A stretch of 63,702 nucleotides of DNA, counting the filler. It is 7 parts of 7 records of this genome, joined end to end, with 100 filler letters (N's around TTAATTAATTAA, not from the genome) between each part and the next. Parts side by side here need not be neighbours in the genome. Positions count along the whole stretch, not along the records: positions 24,221 to 42,451 come from SRR20825010_6008; 6 more parts are not named here. One strand, given 5' to 3'. The translations under genes and the position numbers were made by a program. The notes under the pieces were generated by a model. The model ran no database searches. It had not been told where the DNA came from and worked only from the letters and a program-made list of their open reading frames with translations. Positions 32,083 through 38,552 of this stretch are shown here, piece by piece. Every line of letters starts with the position of its first letter. The first letter of the stretch is position 1.

Positions 32083-32129
32083 TTGACCTAACTGTTTGAT
32101 GTTTTATAGTTAGCTTTATGGATAACTAT
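32083..32129 (+). promoter_or_regulatory. Sigma70 promoter and autoregulatory inverted repeat of the ArsR gene (probably leaderless)
   Basis: TTGACC-N16-TATAGT ending 8 nt before the ATG at 32118; ATAGTTA-N10-TAACTAT palindrome spans the start codon. Confidence 0.65.
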
Positions 32130-32468
32130 AAAACATCTCTCGACACCGTCTTTCACGCCCTTGCGGACCCAACCCGCCGGGCCGTGGTGCAGCGCCTGGT
32201 AAAAGGCCCTGCATCGGTGAAGGAACTTGCGGCCCCATTCGATATGGCTCTGCCTTCCTTCATGAAACATATCGGCGTGCTGGAAGAAGCCGGGTTGCTT
32301 GCTTCGCGCAAGCAGGGCCGGGTGCGCACCTGCACGTTCAATCCCGACAAGCTGGCGGCAGCGGAGAAATGGTTTGGCGAGCAGCGGGCCATCTGGGCGA
32401 GCCGCTTCGACAATCTCGATACCCTGCTGACAGCCCTCGCTGACAACCCACAAGGAAAAGACAAATGA
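32118..32468 (+). CDS. ArsR/SmtB family regulator
   Basis: FHALADPTRR, HIGVLEEAGLL and GRVRTC. Confidence 0.93.
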   Translation: MDNYKTSLDTVFHALADPTRRAVVQRLVKGPASVKELAAPFDMALPSFMKHIGVLEEAGLLASRKQGRVRTCTFNPDKLAAAEKWFGEQRAIWASRFDNLDTLLTALADNPQGKDK

Positions 32469-32968
32469 GACCTGATCTGCGCTTTGATTTCATTGCGGAT
32501 ATGCAGAAAAGCACGCTGACCGTGAGGCGCGAATTTGCCGCCGGACGTCCATTGGTGTGGGACTGTTACACCAAGAGCGAACTCCTGGATCAATGGTACG
32601 CCCCCAAGCCGTTGATCACGAAGACCAAGTCTTTCGATTTCAGCGAGGGCGGCCACTGGCACTTCGCCATGATCGACCCGAACGGCACACATTATTGGAG
32701 CCGCACGGACTACGAAACGATCACCCCCATTGACGGCTACACAGGGTATGACGCCTTCACCGACGAGACGGGCGTGGTGAATCCCGATCTGCCCCGCTCA
32801 CATGTGAATATGGCCTTCACGGACAAGGGCGAGCACACACTCGTTGAAACGCTCGTTGCCTATAAATCGGCCGAAGACCTGCAAGTGGTCATCGATATGG
32901 GCATGCAGGAAGGTTTGGCTTCGACACTCGAACGGCTGGACGCGTTGCTTGTGACGCTGGCTGTATAA
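32465..32968 (+). CDS. SRPBCC/AHSA1 (START-like) ligand-binding protein
   Basis: REFAA...VWDCYT..ELLDQWYAP, EGGHW and G....LERLD; ATGA overlap with the ArsR gene. Confidence 0.88.
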   Translation: MRPDLRFDFIADMQKSTLTVRREFAAGRPLVWDCYTKSELLDQWYAPKPLITKTKSFDFSEGGHWHFAMIDPNGTHYWSRTDYETITPIDGYTGYDAFTDETGVVNPDLPRSHVNMAFTDKGEHTLVETLVAYKSAEDLQVVIDMGMQEGLASTLERLDALLVTLAV

Positions 32969-32971
32969 TCA

Positions 32972-33019
32972 AGGGGGCATGGGGGCAGGCTATTAGGGGG
33001 TACGTGCCCCCTAATTTCC
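32972..33019. repeat. GGGGGCA-type repeat copies and hairpin between the SRPBCC gene and purC
   Basis: AGGGGGCA-TGGGGGCA tandem, then palindrome ATTAGGGGGTAC/GTGCCCCCTAAT-TTCC; resembles the repeat family at 34868-35963. Confidence 0.55.
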
Positions 33020-33026
33020 GGATCCC

Positions 33027-34025
33027 TTAGTCCTTCGGTTTGAAATATTCAGGCAGCTCCGAGACCAGCGCCGCGCGAATACGGTCGCGCACGGGGACCG
33101 CGGGATCGGTGCGATCGAATTCCAGGCCGGTCAGTTGCTCGTAGAGGCTGACATACTTGTCGCTGAAGGCGATCAGGGTGTCGGCGGGGATTTCCGGAAT
33201 GGGGTCCTTGTAGGGATCGCACTGACCGGCAATCCACAGGCGCAGGAATTCCTTGTCCAGACTGTCCGGCTCCGCACCAGCCGCGAATTTCTGCTCGTAG
33301 CTGTCGGCGCGCCAGTATCGGCTCGAATCCGGGGTGTGAATCTCATCGGCGATTGTGATTGTGCCGTTCTCGTCGATGCCGAATTCGTATTTTGTATCGA
33401 CGAGAATGAGCCCCTGTTTGGCGGCAAGTTCCTGCCCGCGTGCGAACAGCGCCAGACTTTTCTCCGCCAGCTCGCGCCACTGCTCGGGCGTTACGAGCCG
33501 GGTTTCGAGAATTTCCGCTTCCGTGATCGGCGCGTCATGCCCGCCGCCGGTGGGCTTCGTCGTCGGCGTGATGATGGTCTCGGCGAGTTTCTGGTTCTTC
33601 TTCATGCCGTCGGGAAGCTGATGGCCATAGATGACCCGCTCGCCCCGCTCATACATGGTCCAGGCGCTGGTATTGGTGGAGCCGGTGAGATAGGCCCGCA
33701 CCACGATCTCGATCGGCACCATCTCGAGATCCTTGCACAGAACCACATTCGGGTCCGGGTAGGAGATCACATGGTTCGGGCAGATATCGCCGGTGTGATC
33801 GAACCAGTAGCGCGCCGTCTGGGTCAGTACCTGCCCCTTGTACGGCACGGCCGCCAGAACCTGATCGAACGCGGATTGCCGGTCGGTCGCGATCAGCAGC
33901 CGCCGCCGGTCCGGCAATTTGTAGGCATCCCGCACCTTGCCACGGACGAAACCGGGCAGCTCGGGGAATTCCGCGTCGGTAAGACAATTGTCGAGAAGCT
34001 GTGTGGTGGCCGTCTGCGGCGCCAT
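33027..34025 (-). CDS. purC: Phosphoribosylaminoimidazole-succinocarboxamide (SAICAR) synthase
   Basis: RGKVRDAY, TDRQSAFD, KGQVLTQ, EIVVRAYLTGS, LVDTKYEFG, DEIHTPDSSRYW and DKEFLR. Confidence 0.96.
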   Translation of the reverse strand: MAPQTATTQLLDNCLTDAEFPELPGFVRGKVRDAYKLPDRRRLLIATDRQSAFDQVLAAVPYKGQVLTQTARYWFDHTGDICPNHVISYPDPNVVLCKDLEMVPIEIVVRAYLTGSTNTSAWTMYERGERVIYGHQLPDGMKKNQKLAETIITPTTKPTGGGHDAPITEAEILETRLVTPEQWRELAEKSLALFARGQELAAKQGLILVDTKYEFGIDENGTITIADEIHTPDSSRYWRADSYEQKFAAGAEPDSLDKEFLRLWIAGQCDPYKDPIPEIPADTLIAFSDKYVSLYEQLTGLEFDRTDPAVPVRDRIRAALVSELPEYFKPKD

Positions 34026-34137
34026 GGAGCGATATCCTGTGAACGGTAATCTGAATGCGGCGACACGATAGCGCCTTCGCGCTCGGGTGCAATGGTGGCT
34101 TTGGACAGGATAACGATTGGACGCGTTCGCTCGGTAT

Positions 34138-34437
34138 TTACCCGGCCTTCTGTAGTGTCGGGATTTGCTCGATGATATCGGCCAGATCCCTCTCTGCCTG
34201 TGCAATGTCCCATTGAGACTGGAGGTTGACCCAGATCGTGGGGCCGTTACCGCAGAGCTTGCCGAGCCTCACCGCCATCTGGGCGGTCACAGGGGCTTTC
34301 TCGCTCAGGATGTCGTAGAGCGTCTGCCGCGAGATCTTCAGGTTCTCTGCCAGTCTGGTTTTGCTGACGCCAAGCGCGGGCAGGATCTGGTCACGCAACA
34401 GCGCGCCGGGGTGCATCGGGGGGAGACCGTGAAGCAT
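34138..34437 (-). CDS. higA: HigA family antitoxin (HTH-XRE)
   Basis: PMHPGALL, ISRQTL, VTAQMAVRLGKL and W.NLQ..WD; TGATG coupling to the toxin stop. Confidence 0.92.
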   Translation of the reverse strand: MLHGLPPMHPGALLRDQILPALGVSKTRLAENLKISRQTLYDILSEKAPVTAQMAVRLGKLCGNGPTIWVNLQSQWDIAQAERDLADIIEQIPTLQKAG

Positions 34438-34718
34438 CAGTGATAATCCTCCAGTTTGACATTGGCGGCGCCCGCGTCCCATTCGAAGGTGAGGCGCCAG
34501 TTGCCGGTGATGCGAACACTGTATGTGCCCCTGCGGTTGCCGGTCAGCTCGTGGAAATGGAAACCTGGCAGGTTCATGTCTTTCGGCTGTGACGCGGCAT
34601 TCAGGGTTTGAAGCATCTGCACGAGCCTGATTTGGGCGGCGCCCTGAACCGGCAATTTTGCGCCTTTTCCTGTGGCGGCGAACTGCTTGAGGCCCTTGTG
34701 AGCGATGCTCTTGATCAT
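34437..34718 (-). CDS. higB: HigB (RelE/ParE superfamily) toxin
   Basis: MIKSIAHKGLKQF, LPGFHFHELTGNRRGTYSVRITGNWRLTFEW and LEDYH; toxin-first gene order. Confidence 0.93.
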   Translation of the reverse strand: MIKSIAHKGLKQFAATGKGAKLPVQGAAQIRLVQMLQTLNAASQPKDMNLPGFHFHELTGNRRGTYSVRITGNWRLTFEWDAGAANVKLEDYH

Positions 34719-34723
34719 GGAGA

Positions 34724-34752
34724 AATGTAAAGTAGTTCCTTACAGGCGTCAA
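34724..34752 (-). promoter_or_regulatory. higBA promoter with overlapping operator (probably leaderless)
   Basis: Minus strand reads TTGACG-N17-TACATT ending 6 nt before the higB ATG; inverted repeat TGTAA-N9-TTACA at 34726-34744. Confidence 0.65.
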
Positions 34753-34867
34753 GCGTTGGCTTACGCCGATTTGTGCTCTGGCGGCGGGAAGAGATATGGC
34801 CCGATACGGAACGCGGTTTGATATGGGGGCGTGCGATTGATCCAATTGCCGTGAGTCATGCGCTTAA

Positions 34868-34893
34868 AATTAAGTCGCGTGTCCCCTTATTTC
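34868..34893 (-). repeat. GGGGACAC-family repeat copy
   Basis: AATTAAGTCGCGTGTCCCCTTATTTC. Confidence 0.7.
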
Positions 34894-34987
34894 TGTGAAT
34901 GGTGGGGTTTGCGGGATGGGGGCTGGTGAGACTGGGCAGGGTGTCGAATTAAGTATTGCGTTGCTTAGTTCATTGGCCACCCCATTT

Positions 34988-35068
34988 GTCATCCCGTCGA
35001 AGGACGGGACCCAGGGATCATAAAGCGCCGCCCGCCATCCCCTGGGCCCCGGCCTCCGCCGGGGTGAC
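34988..35068. repeat. Cruciform REP-like palindromic element (GTCATCCC...GGGGTGAC)
   Basis: GTCA/TGAC ends, two inner hairpins (TCCCGTC-GAAG-GACGGGA and CCCCGGC-CTCC-GCCGGGG) and a central CCCAGGG/CCCTGGG stem. Confidence 0.8.
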
Positions 35069-35085
35069 GTCGCGAGTTGGGGGCA

Positions 35086-35133
35086 AAATAAGTATCGTGT
35101 CCCCATAATCGAAGTCGCGTGTCCCCATAATCG
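35086..35133 (-). repeat. Tandem pair of GGGGACAC-family repeats
   Basis: AAATAAGTATCGTGTCCCCATAATCG followed by AAGTCGCGTGTCCCCATAATCG, ending 2 nt from the stop of the 170-aa ORF. Confidence 0.8.
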
Positions 35134-35135
35134 AT

Positions 35136-35648
35136 CTATTGAACATGCGCATAGTTTTCTCTTAGGAAGTCCAAGATTTCTTGTTTACAGGCTAGAAAAT
35201 TCTTCATCTTAGGCGACAAGAAAGTCAGTTCAGCTTCAATGTGAACAACTTTGGTTGGTCCAATATCATGCGCAAGAGAGTTCCGTAAATCTCGTGCAGA
35301 TCGTACATGTGTTGGAGAGTGGGTGGCTAGCGCGGCTTGCTCGTTGTACGCAGCAAAAATGTAATCCAAATCTACATCGGTGACAGTGAGGCCCAGTATC
35401 TTTGTGGCTTGTTTAATCTCCGTCAGATTTAATTTTCGTTTGTAAGCGTCCGGTGCGGACTCCGACCTAGAAATCCCCACAATTGCTAGCGCTAACTTTT
35501 CGCATGTGAACATGTTGGAAATAAAGGCGGCGACAGGCGGAAAATTTTGAGCGTCCATCTTATCTAGGGCTCGATCCACGTCTTCAATCCGGCGGTAGTA
35601 GCTACCTTTTCGCTTGGGGTCCGGCTTGAATGTCCCATCAATGGCCAT
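35136..35648 (-). CDS. Stand-alone putative HEPN-domain protein
   Basis: 170-aa helical ORF with GAGGGGG RBS, upstream F..CEK helix and Rx4H motif (RNSLAH); visibly AT-richer than its flanks. Confidence 0.7.
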   Translation of the reverse strand: MAIDGTFKPDPKRKGSYYRRIEDVDRALDKMDAQNFPPVAAFISNMFTCEKLALAIVGISRSESAPDAYKRKLNLTEIKQATKILGLTVTDVDLDYIFAAYNEQAALATHSPTHVRSARDLRNSLAHDIGPTKVVHIEAELTFLSPKMKNFLACKQEILDFLRENYAHVQ

Positions 35649-35784
35649 GTCTGCCCCCCTCGTGAGTGCCTCTATGGATGTAATCTCTTGAGTTCTGTGT
35701 GGTGCATTTATACTGCTAGTAATGGATGTTTTGGAGGGGCTATTCGCGATTTTATAGAAGAAAATGATTTTGCTTTATGTGGCG

Positions 35785-35811
35785 GTCATCCCGGGCCTGA
35801 CCCGGGATCTC
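35785..35811. repeat. Half copy of the GTCATCCC REP-like element
   Basis: GTCATCCCGGG-CCTGA-CCCGGGATC hairpin. Confidence 0.65.
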
Positions 35812-35842
35812 ATGGTGGGGTGTGAGGATAGAAAAAAACCAC

Positions 35843-35963
35843 GGAATTAAGGGGACAGGAATTAAGGGGACACACGATCTAATTAGATATTCCCAAGGCT
35901 ACGGCCTTTATTCTCACTGGACCTATTAACCGGCTTAATTAGTCGGCGTCCCCTCAATCCCCT
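35843..35963. repeat. Tandem and inverted GGGGACAC-family repeats (REPIN-like doublet)
   Basis: GGAATTAAGGGGACA twice, continuing CACGATCTAATTAG, then an inverted copy TTAATTAGTCGGCGTCCCCTCAATCC at about 35935-35960. Confidence 0.75.
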
Positions 35964-36003
35964 CGGTCAATTCCCGGCTGAATTCGGCTCGTGCCGGCGC
36001 GTT

Positions 36004-36390
36004 CTAGTTCAGGTTCTCACAATCCGTCGGCCCGGTTCCCCAACTCATTCCGGCTTTCTGGCCATTCTTTCTCTTGAGGTTGGCGCATTGCCGCTTGGTG
36101 TATTCGCCCTGCCACTTCCCGTCGTCCGGGCAATTGTGGTGGAAATAACAGGTTTCCTTCGCCTTCGCGATGACGATACGGCCGTCATTCTGCGCCAGGA
36201 CGCAGCGGCCCAGTCCCGCATCCGAAAGGCTGGAGCTATTCTGGACGCTGGCACCTGACAGGCAATTCAGCGTCAGGTCCGAAGCTTGTCCAGCATATGC
36301 TGCAGGAGCAGCAAGGCTGGTCATTGATGCCAAAAGCAAAGCCGCAACGGCCGCTTTCGCAGATTGGTGGCGCATGATCTGAAATGACAT
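36004..36390 (-). CDS. Small secreted Cys-rich hypothetical protein
   Basis: GAGGA RBS, Sec-type signal peptide (AAVAALLLASMTSLAAPAAYA) and 6 Cys in the mature part. Confidence 0.7.
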   Translation of the reverse strand: MSFQIMRHQSAKAAVAALLLASMTSLAAPAAYAGQASDLTLNCLSGASVQNSSSLSDAGLGRCVLAQNDGRIVIAKAKETCYFHHNCPDDGKWQGEYTKRQCANLKRKNGQKAGMSWGTGPTDCENLN

Positions 36391-36455
36391 CACTAAGTCC
36401 TCGTCTGTTGATGTGAGAACAAGAGACGAATGACAGGGCAATTATGTGAAGAATC

Positions 36456-36488
36456 AAAAGAGCGGGTGACCAACGTCGCCCGCTCTTC
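36456..36488 (-). terminator. Intrinsic terminator of htpG
   Basis: Minus strand reads AAGAGCGGGCGAC-GTTG-GTCACCCGCTCTTTT. Confidence 0.85.
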
Positions 36489-36518
36489 TTGGCTCGGTTT
36501 CAAAAGTCGGAAGCAGCC

Positions 36519-38426
36519 TTAAACCGCCAGCCCCCGCTCCATTGCCATCGCCAGTCGCCGGGCGAAGGCTTTCGGGTCCGGGATGGTTTCGCCTTCCATG
36601 ATCCGGGCCTGGTCGAGCAGCAGGTGGGCGGCGTCGTCGAGTTCCTGGCCGGTCTTGCCGTCCTTCACCCGCTTGGCCAGTGCCTTGATCACCGCGTGCT
36701 TGGTGTTGACTTCCAGAACGCGCGGCACGGCGTTGTCGAGCTGTTTGTGCTGGCGCAGCAGGCGCTCGAGGTTGATGTCCATGTCGCCGTCATCGGCGAT
36801 CAGGCAGACCGGGCTGTCGGTCAGGCGGGTGGATTCCCGGACGTCCTTCACGGTCTCGCCGAGGGCCAGTTTGAGGGAGGCGAGCAGCGGCGCGATATCG
36901 GCGGATGCTTTCTCCTCGTTCTTCTTGTCCTCGGCCTTGTCTTCTTCCGTCTTGTCCCCGTCGGCGCCCTTGACGGCGTCGAGATCGGCGGAGCCGCGGG
37001 TGATCGACTTGAAGTCCTTGCCTTCATAGCCGCCAAACATCGCCTGGATCCAGAAATCGTCGATCGGATCGGACAGCAGCAGAACTTCCACGCCCTTGGC
37101 CTTGAAGCCTTCGATATGCGGGGAGTTCAGCAATGCTTCCTTGCTGTCGCCGATGATGTAGTAGATGGCCTCCTGGCCTTCCTTCATCCGCTCCGTGTAT
37201 TCGGCGAGACTGACCAGCTTGTCGCTCTCCGTCGTGTGGAAGCGGATCAGGGACAGCAGGGTTTCCTTGTGGTCGCCGGTATCGGAATAGAGGCCTTCCT
37301 TCATTACCGCGCCGAAGGCGTCCCAGAACTTGGCGTATTCCTCCGGCTCCTTGTCGGCCTTCTTGCCGAGCTCGGAGAGCACACGCTTGGTCACGGCGGA
37401 GGAGATCTTCTGCAGCACCGGATTGCGTTGCAGCAGCTCCCGGCTGACATTGAGCGGCAGGTCCTCGCAATCGATCACGCCGCGCAGGAAACGCAGATAT
37501 TCCGGCACCAGCCCTTCGCAATCGTCGGTGATGAAGACCCGCTTAACATAGAGCTTCACCTTGTTCTTCCGCTCCGGGTGGAACAGGTCGAACGGGCGCT
37601 GGGTCGGCACATAGAGCAGGGAGCTGTATTCGATCACGCCCTCCGCTTTCCAGTGCATGGTCAGCCAGGGATCGTCGAACGCATGGGCCGCGTGCTTGTA
37701 GAACTCTCCATACTGCTCCGGCGTGATGTCGCTCTTGGAGCGGGTCCAGAGGGCGGAAGCCTCGTTCAGCGGGCGCTCTTCGACCTCCCCGTCCTTGGTC
37801 TCCACGAACAGGATCGGCACCGGGATATGATCGGAATAGCGCTTCACGATGTGCTGCAGGCGCTGCTCCTCGAGAAATTCGAGCGCGTCGTCCTTCAGGT
37901 GCATGGTGATGATGGTGCCGCGATTGGCCTTCTCGGCATCCGCGATGGTGTATTCGCCGAGACCGTCCGAGCTCCAGAGATGGGCCTTGTCCTCGCCGGC
38001 GCGGCGGGTCAGCACCTCAAGCTTGTCCGAGACCATGAAGGCCGAATAGAAACCGACGCCGAACTGACCGATCAGCCCGCTGTCTTTTTTCTCGTCGCCG
38101 GACAGGTTGGAGACGAAGGCTTCCGTGCCGGAACGCGCGATGGTGCCGAGATTGTCGTTCAGCTCATCGGCGCTCATACCGATACCGTTATCCGACAGGG
38201 TCAGGGTCTTGTTGTCCTTGTCGGCGGCGATCCTGATCTTGTAATCGCCGTCGCCGGTGGTCAGCTCAGGCTGTGTAAGCGCCAGGTAACGCAGCTTGTC
38301 GCAGGCATCGGATGCGTTGGAGATCAACTCGCGCAGGAACACCTCACGCTCACTATAGAGCGAATTGGCGACGATCTTCAGGAGCTTGCTGACCTCGGCC
38401 TGGAACGTCCGCTTTTCCGCAGTCAT
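36519..38426 (-). CDS. htpG: Molecular chaperone HtpG (Hsp90)
   Basis: FQAEV, FLRELISNASDA, DNGIGM, IGQFGVGFYSAF and DLPLNVSRE. Confidence 0.98.
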   Translation of the reverse strand: MTAEKRTFQAEVSKLLKIVANSLYSEREVFLRELISNASDACDKLRYLALTQPELTTGDGDYKIRIAADKDNKTLTLSDNGIGMSADELNDNLGTIARSGTEAFVSNLSGDEKKDSGLIGQFGVGFYSAFMVSDKLEVLTRRAGEDKAHLWSSDGLGEYTIADAEKANRGTIITMHLKDDALEFLEEQRLQHIVKRYSDHIPVPILFVETKDGEVEERPLNEASALWTRSKSDITPEQYGEFYKHAAHAFDDPWLTMHWKAEGVIEYSSLLYVPTQRPFDLFHPERKNKVKLYVKRVFITDDCEGLVPEYLRFLRGVIDCEDLPLNVSRELLQRNPVLQKISSAVTKRVLSELGKKADKEPEEYAKFWDAFGAVMKEGLYSDTGDHKETLLSLIRFHTTESDKLVSLAEYTERMKEGQEAIYYIIGDSKEALLNSPHIEGFKAKGVEVLLLSDPIDDFWIQAMFGGYEGKDFKSITRGSADLDAVKGADGDKTEEDKAEDKKNEEKASADIAPLLASLKLALGETVKDVRESTRLTDSPVCLIADDGDMDINLERLLRQHKQLDNAVPRVLEVNTKHAVIKALAKRVKDGKTGQELDDAAHLLLDQARIMEGETIPDPKAFARRLAMAMERGLAV

Positions 38427-38552
38427 CTTTTTGATCACCTCTTGCCTAGAATGACATCGTTATGATTGATGGAGCCTGATATGTGGGAAGTTGGCATTAA
38501 TCGCAAGACCCCAGCGCTTTCCGCCTGAGCCGAGATCGGACCCGAATTTCCC

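Noticed and set aside
34438-34845. Long N-terminal extension of HigA in the 235-aa ORF call
   Set aside because: It overlaps higB in another frame. The true start is the ATG at 34437, coupled to the toxin stop.
34870-35106. 78-aa ORF across the repeat region
   Set aside because: It is a translation of palindromic repeat DNA, with no RBS or protein-like features.
34868-35963. CRISPR array or integron attC interpretation of the repeats
   Set aside because: Spacing is irregular, orientations are mixed, copies are divergent, and there is no cas gene, integrase or RYYYAAC/GTTRRRY attC pattern.
36489-38465. 658-aa plus-strand ORF opposite htpG
   Set aside because: It is an in-register antisense shadow caused by strong codon bias of a highly expressed gene. 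The same applies to the shadows of hmgA, hppA, bisC and purC.
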